Assembly: GCA_051362555.1 (NCBI GenBank)
Contig: CM120649.1
Coordinates: 14,074,001-14,138,000 of the forward strand
DNA from: Lingula anatina
Lineage: Eukaryota > Animalia > Brachiopoda
Reading direction: 5' to 3'
DNA: 64,000 bases
This document shows positions 37,172-49,389 of this stretch, piece by piece. The notes beneath the pieces are model-generated. The model made no database searches. It was not told the DNA's origin and saw only the letters and a list, made by a program, of their open reading frames with translations. The position numbers and the translations under genes are program-made. Numbering within the stretch: the stretch's first letter is position 1; the number at the start of each line of letters is the position of its first letter.

Positions 37172-37758
37172 AATAAAATTCATTAGGACGTTGTGAGGAG
37201 AAGAAATGATTTGAGAGAGCTAGAGGAAGTGCCTTGTGATTATTGAAGTGAACTGGATACTGAATTTCACTGTGTTTTGGAGAGAGATAATTATTTTGGT
37301 TGTTTTATACACTGAGCATGTCTATCCCATCCCCACCCTCTCTTAATTAGCACGTGGTAAACTTTTTGGACTGTTCTCCTGTTTCACTTGTGTAAAATAA
37401 GAATTTAAAAGTGAAGGTGAAAGAAACCATCAGAGAGAGGGATAAACAGGATGAAAGGATGGGATAGTATCGTCATCATTTGAAGTTAAATTTATTCACT
37501 AAAGTTGATATTACTATAAGAAAAATGATAAGTACTGTATTATGCGTACTCGTGTTTAACTATTGTAAATCAAGCTATTTCTGATTAGTTAATATGTTAT
37601 TCTGTTAATCACAATAGAAATACCACAATATATTACACAATAAAAATGCCACAATATATTAGGTTTGTAGACTATAAATATGTATATACATATAATTATA
37701 AAAAATCCTGTATCCATAATATATATTATTATCTTCACTCAGATGTTCCTGTAATAAA
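37172..37758 (+). terminator. Candidate RanBP2 polyadenylation signals
   Basis: AATAAA at about 37172, 37639 and 37753, downstream of the stop at 36978. Confidence 0.45.
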
Positions 37759-39040
37759 ATTTGCTCTGAATTTTCTTCAGAGAACGGCACCAGTCAGTGG
37801 TGGGTGCCTCTAAAAGGACTTAGGATTTTTGAACCAAAAAGAGAATTTCTTTGGAAGATTGACTTTTTTTTAATATAAAAGTCTGTCAAATTTAGCGTAA
37901 GAAAGTATGAAATTTTTTTAAAGATCTTTCGACTATACGTTTTCTAATATGGTCAGTTTTTTGTAGGAGAAATTGTCATTTTTAGTGAAAGAAAAAAAAA
38001 ACGATCTCATTATGAGTTGTGAACAGTAAAAAGTTACAGAAGCAGCTGATGATTTAGTTGTTCCCGTTCCCTTTTATGTTATTTTAAACAAACAAGTCAT
38101 CTCTGTGATGTAGGAATTCACCAATCGTAATCTGATGACAAAATATTAAATACCTTCCTTTTTCCCAAGCCGAACCTCATTTTTTGTAATGTTGAAGAAG
38201 GGATCTGCAGATCTGATCATGGTTCGATTTTCAATTAGTCTGGAAGGGAAACGGACACTACAATAATTTTCAAAAAGAGCCAGTGCGTGATGTAATATGT
38301 TTCTGATATCTTGCAGCTAAGGCATTCTTATACACGTTTCAAAAGTTATATGATCACAAATAACTGTCTCCTCAGTGGAAGTGGATTATCATTTTGTATT
38401 TGCAAGCATTGTCAATAAAGGGAATTATATTGAAGGCTTACTAGTTTTGTAGTTCCTTGATGACGATACTTCACCCTCTTCAGATGAAATGACAACAAAA
38501 CTTCGTTTGAACTGAAATTTCTTGAAAATAACTAAATTTTATAGTCGAAGCGGTGATGTTTTCTCTATGTATACAGAAGGGATCTGTGAAATGCCGACCT
38601 TTTATATTTGTACGCTCTGAAATAGTAAATAAATTTTAAATACAATTTTGTAACAGACTACCAGCGCACCCAGTGGTCAGAGAGTAGTATTGATGACCGC
38701 AGACGCTGACCGGTGCTCAATTTAGCGGGAAGCTACTTGTGTGCCGTAGACACCGATCGGCGTTCTCAGGCTCAATGCAAGGCGAAGAGAGACCGTAACA
38801 CCCAGTTAAATGTTAAAGTTCAATGTTTATAAATGTATATATATTTAGACTTTTTATTGCTGACCGAGAGATAAAGTCATTTTGGCATGTGGGTTTTATT
38901 TGAGTTGAGTGAAACTATTGCTTGTTATATCTCCTTTATGTGAATCTTTAATGCCCTGCAAAATGTTTCGATGCACTTAAAACTGTCCATAAATGTCTCT
39001 GTATTTTACAAGTGCACGAGCCGCTGTCCCTAGAAAAATA

Positions 39041-39483
39041 TTACCTGTCGATTAAGGAATGGCTTCCTCATTCGCAAAAAAAAAAAAAAAAAGCCAATTC
39101 TATTGGTATCTAGTCACCTTTGATCAGCTACCTGTGATCTGATAGCCGTGGTCAGTTATCTGAGATTAATTACCTGTGATCAGCTACCTGTGATCTGATA
39201 GCCGTGAGATTAATTACCCGTGGTTCATTATTGTGATCAGCCAGACATGCTCAATTAACTTTGGTTACATACCTGTTGCCTCACCTCTGTAGATTTGGGT
39301 GATCAAAGGGTGAGCGGGTTTTACAAATTAACTTAAAAAGAATTACCTGAGGCCACTGTACAGGTAATAAAACGGATCATAAGCAGAGAGCTAATTAGCT
39401 GTACTGAGCAAAAGCCTCATTGGTTGTTTAATTGTTTGGGAAAATATTAACATTGACCCCCCCCCCCCCCCCCAGTATATAAG
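39041..39483 (+). promoter_or_regulatory. RTK promoter: TATA box plus a homotypic CAGGTA cluster
   Basis: TATATAAG at 39476-39483, about 200 nt before the ATG at 39681. Seven TACCTG/CAGGTA sites from 39041 to 39367, partly within a 30-bp direct repeat (39121, 39177). Confidence 0.55.
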
Positions 39484-39680
39484 AGGAACACCACTTACGG
39501 ATGTCATTGCCATTTCAATTGGAACTGGAATAAGGCGGAACGTTGTATTAGCTCGAGTAGACGTATTTGTTGAAGACGACATATTACTGTAATTAAGCAT
39601 AAGAACCTCAGTGGTCGAGTTAATTATTTCATTTTGGGCTTTAAATGAGACATCGTCAGTTAACCCTTTAATTCAAAAAG

Positions 39681-40163
39681 ATGGCTGTAGTCAGGATGGT
39701 GGATGTCGTCCTCTTTCTCTTTTTCGTCTGGACGTGGGCCACTGTTAACAGTCAAATGGAGCAGGGCGTGGAGTTAGGAAGATGTCGAACTCGTTGTTTA
39801 GAGGTAAGAAGAGAAATAACATTTTCGTCTGTTACGTGAGTTTATCATTAGTTTTTTTTTTAAGTATTAGATACGTTAGTATAATTCGATAAGTAGGGGT
39901 GCATTTAGGTAAGCGGGTAAGTTAAAAATAATGAGTAAATGAATTAGTTAAATATGTCTTTGCGATGAAAGGGTCATCGGGTCAAATAGGTCTTACCCAC
40001 ACCAGTGCGCGTTTAAATTACTTTATAAGCTTTCTCCCGTAACAGTAAAAAATTACAGAGGTCGGTTGATAAATTTAAGGTTGTCGCTTTCGAAAAGCGG
40101 CTATTTTGACCAGCACCCGTTGTAACTATAGTGGTCGAACCATCTTAAACGGCTCTTAAGTGA

Positions 40164-40208
<45 letters not shown>

Positions 40209-43200
40209 CGCCAAACACATGGAATCGTTATTTAAGAAGCGTTCGGGTTCTATTTGAAATAAACATTCTTTCAAGCATTTTAAAGCTTTCATCCTACATA
40301 TGGTTTCATTCTAGTTTCTCAAGTTGAAAGTGAACGATGAAGAATGTATGAAAGATGGGAACTGTAAAATGGTAAGTATGAATTCAAGGAGTTTTCTACA
40401 CTGATTTAATTCACACAGTTTTGCGTCCAAAAATACATCTTAAGGGAAGCTTAGTGTAGGGATCCCCAAAGAGTAGCTCTGACTTTCAAGGTGCCTCGAA
40501 TCAGTTAAACGGCGATAATATCGAAGCATAGGCTGTGTACATTTTAGTCGTCACAATTACCCTGACGTCCAGGGTGCGGCTGTCGTGTAAACAGTGTGTA
40601 TAGTCTGACCACGGGTATCTTGATTATCAGGGTACTAGTGTCGACAGCGGATCCAGAAATATTTTCTGTCAGTATTCCAAATTATCTTACTTGAACCAAC
40701 CTCCATTTTGGATGGTCTTTCAACAGAAAAAATAGATACCTGTCAATGTAAAATTTAAAATCTAACCTTCTTCCGGAAGACCCAGAAGACGGTCTCTATC
40801 CGCCCCTGACTGTAGTTAGAACAGAAAGTCACCGTGTTTAATTGTTCTCATTTCAGTGCTGGGAGACATGTGAATATCTGCAGTGGGAACCTCACACCTG
40901 GGACTACATGTGCAATGCACCCCATATATGTGTAAGTACCGACGTGGTTTTTAGTAACTGGAAATCCGAAAATTTTGACGCTTTAAAAATGTTACTGCTA
41001 GCAGTAACGATGCCATTCCTCATTGAATACCAAATGGAAATATAATTTTTTTCGGAATTTTCCGATACATACACGTAAAGTGAAAACCTAATTAACCAAA
41101 GACCACAGGTATGCAGTATATTGTTTTATTAGGTCTATGGACTTATTTTAAGATTTTTATTTCCAGTTTCCGGGCTGTAAGAGTTCCTGTGCATTCTGGG
41201 AAAATCACTCAACAGGTAAATTTTACTCAATTTCAAATTAATTATTTTTTGGAATGATTCTTCTTTTTGTTCACTGCCTCTAATCATGTTTGTCAGCATT
41301 AGCGGGGGGGGGGGGGTAAACTTTTAAGTGTGGTCGTTAAGAGTAATAAAAGTAACAAATTTTCTCCACTTGATAATGCGCCTTAATTGATTAAGTACGA
41401 CATTCTTCACACTTCTCGTAGAATCCATATTGTGCAGTTTCTGGCGCTTTTAAAACTCAAGATTTTTCTTCCTTCTGTATTTTAGCAAAAGCTGTGACTG
41501 CCCACCACGAGCTTGTAAAACCTGTACAAGTCACCTATAATAAAGGAACTCTGCGTTTGGAATGGATGCCACCGAATTTGGGACAAACCTCTGGCCATGT
41601 CATCTATATCCTAAATAGCCGAGATGCAGGTCACAACTTTGAGGATTGGTATACAGATATTCAGGTAAGTGGGAATGCACCTCAATAAGGAAAACATAAA
41701 AAAAAACAGGATTATATATTAGTATAGTATTTACTGAGAAGGCTGCACGTTTAGAATTTACATAGTTTAAACCGGACAAAGACAAACTGACGAAAATGTT
41801 CCAAAAAGTGACTGACCGTCTTATATATTTCAAAATGTTGGTTTATTGACCTTGTTATTTTAGTAATTTTGGTGCTTCATAAAGGATACTTGGTGAATAC
41901 ATGCAATAATACTGTTAATAATACATTTTTCTATATTTTATTTCAGACTGCAGACACGTGGGTAGAGTACGAGATGAATTTGTTTCCATATTTCAAGTTC
42001 CAGTTCCAGCTCTTGGTTGTCAATGAAAATGGAATCGTGGCTATTTCAGAAACGAGGATACTTGATATCAGCCAGTTAAATGGTAAGTACTTGTCCAGTG
42101 GAAAGATCACAGTATTACTTTAAAACTCATTATGATGCATATTGTGAATGACTTTAACTTTTTTCATGGGAGTTTCTTAGGCTTGCAAACTAGTTGAATA
42201 CGGAAACTGTTATTAGCCTTTATTATACCAAACGTCATTTTATCTTATGAAATTTAACGGACTAAGCAGTATTTCACTTAATCTAAATACTGACGTTAAG
42301 CTAAATTCAACATCAATGCTACCAAATGATGTCTCTATATAGAAATTTGTGAAAAACACTTAAATTATATCTGCAGCACTTCCAAGTCTACCCAATGTAC
42401 AGGATGTTCCTTCAAGTACCGCATTTACCTCCGCTGACCCTCAACCTACCACGTCAGCACCAACCGGACCTCCAAGTACCACATCAGCACCATCAAGCTC
42501 TCCAAGTACTACAACCAAGCAAACCGACCTCCCAAGTACCACGTCAGCGCCAACTGGTCACCCAAGCACCACAGCACCAACAACTGGCCAGCCAAGTACC
42601 ACGACGGCACCATCTGCCACTCCACGTGTCCCTGCAGCACTTGTTGATCCAATGAACATCTCCGTGACAGCAGGGCGAAACGGCAGCACCATCTATGTTT
42701 TTGTCCACTGGCAGCAGACGTCTGCAGAACCCACTGACTACAGTATCTTCTGGGGCCTGGAGAGCTGCAATGGCTGCACTGCTTCTACGTCTGACTACTA
42801 TGTCACACATGTTACTGATGTCATGGAAGAGGTAAGTTGTACTGTGTAATTTCCATAAAATGGTCAGTTTTTCTTCTCGATACTAAGGTTCTCTTGGAAA
42901 AAATCTATTTACTCAATTATCTGATCTAAAACATATCTTAAAAGATGTGATAGAAACTAGGAGTAGAAATGTATAGGCCTATAAAAGTTGGCCCCACAAT
43001 ATTTGGATATAATATGTTTTGATTGATTGATTAACCTTGACGAACTATGCCTATTGTAAAGCAATAATTCACATTTTAAGCAATACATTTTTTTCTCCAG
43101 CACACTGAGGTCAGGCTGATAGCAGAATGGACATTTAACTCGAAATACTGGTTACAAATTGAACGCAGATCAACCGGATCGTTTTCCCCAAGGATTTCCT

Positions 43201-46200
43201 TTTACACTCCCGAGTGTGAAAATACCGATTCTACCTCCACCGTGTGTCTTCAGTCTAAGGATGAGGATGAGAAAGATTATAATGGTAAGTGTAGCAGTGA
43301 ATACAGTGATGTAATTTATCAAAAATTCATAATAAAAGTGAAATATGTCCAACACATAAAATTTATCAAGATTTGTGGACAAGAAAAAACTCAACGTTTA
43401 ATTACAGTACATGTGAAAAGACATTTCAATAAGTACAACTTAAATACGTCCAACTAACAAAATTTATCTAGAATTATGGACATGATAACCCCCCCCCCCC
43501 CCAAAAAAAAAAAAGTTTCCACGTTTAATTATGTGTGATAATATATTAAAATTTTTTAATCGGACTTAATTGCTTTTCTTGCATGGTGCTCATTTTATTT
43601 TATTTTATTTTATTTTTTCAATTTTAGCTGACCACGTCAGAACAGAGGAAACCAAACCCAGTCACGTGATCGTCGTTATATGCGTGGCGGTCAGTGTTGT
43701 AGTGGTCATCGTCAACGTCATCATTTGTATTAGATGTCACTGGAAACGTACAAGGGTCATCGAGAGAAGAGCCAGGGCTATGGGCAGGAACAACAGTTAC
43801 AACGGTAGGCAGTGTTTCTTATATATATCTGTAACATTCATTATTACTACATATGATGATTATTGGTGTCAATATATGCGAACCATTTATAATTATCATA
43901 AATAATGAAATAAGTTTGGTGTCAATATTTTGATTCTCTGAGTTTACGCACGCTGATTTGCTATGTATCTCCCTTAACATGCATTTAAGTATTATGTATT
44001 TCAGTATATAACGGTTGTCTTTCTAAGTGTCAACTAATTTACAGATGTAGCTTTCATATTTGCTGTAGCAGATGTAGCTTACTATTTGCGTCGACTTTCA
44101 CAAATTCCTATAAATAATATCAATATATCAGCCTTCTGACTCTTTGCTATTCATTTTACTATTTTTAAGTATATCACACAATTTTACCAACGAACACGCA
44201 CGTCTAAACAGCTGTTTTCTCTTATTTCAGGCCCAGGATTGTATTCTGATGACCAGCTGGTTTCTGTGCAGGACAAGTGGGAACTTGACCCCATATGTCT
44301 GACCTTTGGTCACCAGTTGGGACACGGGGCATTTGGCAAGGTGCTCGTTGGGTCGTGTGACGGCAAGAAAGTAGCCATCAAAATGGTGAAAAGTAAGTAT
44401 TCAAGCTTAATTTAGATGCCTTTTATTTATTAATCGTTATCTAGTTGAGATATTTACAAGCTGTTTCACACTGATGTTATTCCAGATTAAATGTTCTTTT
44501 TACTTTATTATTACTTTGTTGTTATTATGAAACTAAACGCATTATATTTTGAAAGGGTGTCGCATGTTTTAGTGCTAAAAAGAACAGAAATATTGTTTTT
44601 TTTGTATTAAAAAATACAGCATTCACTTTATAAAAAGGGGTATTAAAAAGTGATAGCGTTATCAATTATTCATTAAAATACCAATCTAAACAAATATTTT
44701 TTTGTTATTGTAGGTAATGCCCCATCTTCCTACAAAGCAGACCTACTTGCAAAGATCAGCTTGATGAAGAAGATAGGAAACCATCCCAACATCGTCTCTA
44801 TGATCGGTTCCTGTACAGTGAGACAGCCAGTGGCCTTGGTAATGGAGTATATGCCTCATAGAGACCTACAGCACTTTCTAAGGTATAAAATCGTGAAAGC
44901 GATATCTCTTTTGAAAAACAATTTTTGATGATGTTTTTAGAAAAGGAAAGATGTTATGATGAAATAAAACTTGAAATTAATAGTGTTCAAAAAATGGAAA
45001 ATTGTACTGCTTAATTTGATATTATTGGGCCAATGTCATTTACATTGTTCATGGTGATGAAATTTTGTGCAATTGTCGTTATAATATTATTTGTTTATTT
45101 TGTTTCCATTATTCAAAGGTGAAATAGACAATTTTACATCTTTAAAAACTGTCTAATTAATGTCAACTAATTTTTTTCTAATTCTAGACTCTGCCGTTTT
45201 GAAGGTCAACTTACGATGGCAGACCCTAAACACAAAGTCATTGAATACCCAAGGGTGAATGAAGATGGCAGCATTGAACAAGACACTCTCACTGCCAAGC
45301 AGCTTCTCTCATTTGCACATCAGATTGCTCTGGCTATGGTATGTATCATACCGTGTATCTTAATGAACATGATGTGCTTCTAGTTTGGAAGGCTTACAGA
45401 TACTCCAGTATAAATTTTCTGGCATTCGTGTTATACTATACTATATAAGGATATATATATATATAAATGTTTAGGAAGTCATAGTTTTAAGATACATATA
45501 ATTTGCTGTTCAAAAACAGGTTGTGTTTTCATGTCCAGACACTAATCTCTACAATTTATTCCAGGAATATCTGTCCAGCAAAGGATTTGTTCACCGTGAC
45601 CTGGCTGCCCGTAACGTCCTGGTGGGAGTAGATAAAGTGGTCAAGCTCAGCAACTTTGGACTGTTCAGGGATGCCAACAATGACCTCGAGTACAGTAATG
45701 ACCCTGCAAGGAAGTGGATGTCCCCCGAGAGTTTGAAGGACCGCACTCACACCGCACAGAGCGATGTGTGGTCATTTGGAATCCTCCTTTGGGAGATCGT
45801 CACATTTGGTAAGTTGATATGGTTTGATTTTAACTAAGTTGAGTCAAAACTTCATTCATTTGATTGGAAAATACAGTGTTTTGAAAAGTAGGCCTTTATA
45901 AATAGGCCTTCATAAGTTTGGAACGGCGAAAATCTTTATGTGCAGGACCTATTATTTAAGTGCAGGAACAGTAACGTAGACAGATTAATGAGACCAATGC
46001 GGTCCTTTAGACCATGCTTGCCTACAGTTACCATATCAATGTTTAAGAAACCTAAAAATACAAGGCATACGGTGTTATAGAAGTTTACTTATGCACAGAA
46101 CTAAAGTAGTTTTATTACTGACGGGTAGTATTGTCGATTGAGAAGTTTTTTCATAAAGTTAAATTATATAATCTCATTTTTTTGCTTGTATCTTGAATTT

Positions 46201-47307
46201 CAGTGTTATGATTTTTTTTTCAAAAATAGTTATGGCAAATGAACAAAGAAAATCAAACTTAAATACGGACATCTGTATGGTTAATAAAATGTACTTCATT
46301 CTACCGCAGGTGCAACCCCGTACCCAGATATTGCTGTAACAGAGCTAGCCACCAAACTGGATCAGGGCACTAGACTCAAGAACCCCAAGAACTGCTCCAC
46401 GGAACTGTAAGTACCACTTCTATTCTACACCCTTCTTTTATCAGCAAGGAATTTTAAAGTAACTAAATTATTAAGGGTCGCAGGGCTTTTTGAACGATCC
46501 TTATCTAATAAGAAATTATACCTTAACGAGATTTTAACGCGGCCGGTACATCCTTGTTGAATTCCTGTAAAAACTCAACAGACCTCATTTTAACCATTTA
46601 GTGCTTTCGTGAGATACTGATGAGATCCCAAAGTAATGTAAAATTGAAGGGCAAAATTGTATATGTACGCCATTGCGTCAAAATTTATCTGCATATTTTT
46701 GGCATTTATTCATTCATAACCATTTACTGTTCAACCTCATTCTAAATACTGCATTCTTACATTCAGGTATATTCTGATGCTGCAGTGCTGGCACAAACTC
46801 CCCGAGAAGAGACCCAGTTTTACCAGCATCCGGCTTGAATTGGAAGACATGATGAGTCAAAACTGCGACTTCTTAGAACTTGAAAACCTCGTGGAGCCGA
46901 TATCAAAGGAAGAAAGAAGCGGCCCAGTCCATGTCAGCACGTTAGAAAAGACGGAAGTGTTGAAAACAAGGGAGGATGAAGAGACTGAGGAGGTGGACGA
47001 AAGAGAGGAGGAGGATTACGTCCAAGAGCCACCCTTTACTAAAAAGAGAAGCTTAAAGAAAACCCTCTCCCAGTTATCAAACATACTGGATTCGACTAAA
47101 CTGTCCAAGAAGATGAGTGTGAATAGACGTAAATCCGCTGGGTCTAGTGTCAGCTCCAGTAGACTGTCCATGAAAGGCAGTATCCGCCGGAAGTCAGAAA
47201 AACACCAACGTTCTCTGGAGAACCTGATTGTGGATGAAATACTTGAAAGTGGAAGCGAGAGCTGCAGTGAAATACAGCTGGATGTGCTGAATGAAGAGGT
47301 CTTTTGA
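39681..47307 (+). CDS. Receptor tyrosine kinase (torso/FGFR-like kinase class) with anosmin-like Cys-rich N-domain, FN3-like domains, mucin stalk and TM; probable pseudokinase
   Basis: Signal peptide [24 protein letters not shown]. Cys box [32 protein letters not shown]3-like LRLEWMPP and [30 protein letters not shown]. Kinase motifs [57 protein letters not shown]. Stop at 47307. Confidence 0.9.
40164..40204. repeat. (ATT)n microsatellite
   Basis: Direct reading of the sequence. Confidence 0.9.
40650..40809 (+). mobile_element. Short dispersed repeat (MITE-like), copy 1
   Basis: GCGGATCCAG...TATCCGCCCCTG ends. Core ATATTTTCTGTCAGTATTCCAAATTATCTT..TTGAACCAACCTCCATTTT is homologous to 49684-49790. 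Confidence 0.55.
42414..42620 (+). repeat. Coding 30-nt minisatellite encoding a ([10 protein letters not shown])-like mucin stalk of the RTK
   Basis: Repeated CCAAGTACCACRTCAGCACCA units, about 6-7 copies, in the exon starting at 42377. Confidence 0.8.
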
Positions 47308-49389
47308 GCTTTTACGTAATTTTATAAAGTAGGTGATCAACACCCTATATGAAGTTATGCAACTGTATATCTTTATCCCACTATTGCCAATATTCTCAGT
47401 GTCGGTGCTTTACAGTATACGATGTCAATTTTCTAAACGATATATTTCTTTCCTGTCTTTAATGCCAATCTGACATGAAATAATGACAAACGAAAATTCA
47501 AGTTTCATGTACATATTTTATTTCATATTTCGTAATAATTGTGAAATTTTGAACAACGAGGTTGTATCGGCAAATGTATATTTAATTGTGATTTTAAATG
47601 AATTACCAGGATTAAACTTTGACCTAACATTGTAAACTTTAACATTGTTATAGAATTCAAGATGACTAGCTCGAATTTTATCACCTGTAACTTCTGGTGT
47701 AAAAAAAAAACTGCCGATATTTCACTTATATGACCGATGTTTAAAGATGATGGTCGAAATTGTTTTAAAGCTGTAGTTACCTCATAACAGTGCTTTATCA
47801 CTTTGTATTATTGTCATTGCCATTATGCACATCAGAATATTTCAAACCATCTGTAAATAAAGTATATAAAATCATAACATTTTAAAGCTAGTATTGTATT
47901 ATGCATTTGAATTTACTGAAGATTCTTTCTAATTTATTACTTCCCAGTGTTTTATTGCACGATTAAGGGTAACTGTAAGAAAAGTGTATAGATTGAAAAG
48001 AGTGGTGCTTCTGAATAATTCTGCAATATGAACAAAAATGATAAGTAAAACTAACAACAACAACAACTATAATAATAATAATAATAATGTCATAATATGA
48101 GGTAATGTTGTTATCTTGCTGCGTGGTAAGAGTATTCCAGTAATGAAATTCAAAGAGGTTTGCAAATGGTTCTGTCAGCTGTGGATGTATGCGGCGCACT
48201 CAAATCGCGACACGTTGACCGCAGTTTTAACCAAACCCTAGATTCGACCGATATGTAAAGGTTGGGGAAAGAGGGACTTATGTCATTTTTAAAAGTCACC
48301 TTGATAAATTAAACACGAGAATCGGCTGGTATCAGAGCGTTGAATTAATGATTCTTTGTTTGCCTTAAATATTTTAGCATTTAGAACAGCCGTGCCTCGT
48401 GTTTAATTTTGTATAGGAACAATATACAGTTTTGGTATCTAAATAAAATCTATCAAGAAAACAATCTCAATAATAATGATAATAATGAAGTTGGCATTGG
48501 GATCGATTCTCAAACTGGATCTTATTTTTTAAAATCAAGGCCACAACGTTCCGACTTTATTACAAAGTCTTCTTATAGTGAACTGAGGTTGAGTTGTATG
48601 ACAAAATCCAGTTTAAAAATCAAATTCAATTTCATCTTTATCACACTTTAAATTACTTGAAATACTAAACTTAATTGCTTATTATTAACTTTATGATCTT
48701 TCGCAGAGTCTCAGGAATTATTGCTTCCTTGCCTGACTGAACATATACCAGTAATTCAATTCACAAATAATGTTAAAAAAACATACGTATATTCTTTCCT
48801 CGGCGTGTGGATATTACATAAATGTACAATATATGAAAATCACCCCCACAAATGTTTTAAAGTTATTTTTTACGTACATCAAGTAGTTATCAACTAAAGT
48901 AAATATGTAACTGAATTTGATTATCATTCTACAGCAGATCTTACGTTCTGCAAAAATTTTAATTTATAGAAATGTTGACCTCCGCTTTAAAAGATAAAAT
49001 TCTGTGTAAGAATCAAGCTTAATACCATCTTCGTTATTTTAAATTGGCACTGTCCGCCTGTTTGATTTCATTTAGATGCCAAAATCGTCTTTTCTGCTTA
49101 TAAAAATTTAAAAAACGATGCACAGCTGTGATAAATCCTTTCCTGTCCAAGACCCTGCTTCCAACCATTAATTTAATTCACTGAAACCACCCGATATTGA
49201 TAATTTATCAAGGTGACATTGGAAAAATATACATAAGTCACTACTTCCCCAAACTTCGTCATAAGCAATCTCGATCGATTTAGCTCGGGTTTGGTTGAAA
49301 AAGTGATCAATTGGTCGTGATTTCAGAGGCAGAATACATTCCTCACAGCTGACAAACGGTAATTTGTGCGAAGATCTAGATCTGCAATC

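Noticed and set aside
39121-39240. Direct repeats resembling a CRISPR-like array
   Set aside because: Eukaryotic context, only two full copies, no unique spacers of regular length and no cas genes.
42395-42655. Gln/His/Pro-rich ORF (QVPHQHHQ...)
   Set aside because: Wrong frame; the splice phase shows the Ser/Thr/Pro mucin frame is the one continuous with the RTK.
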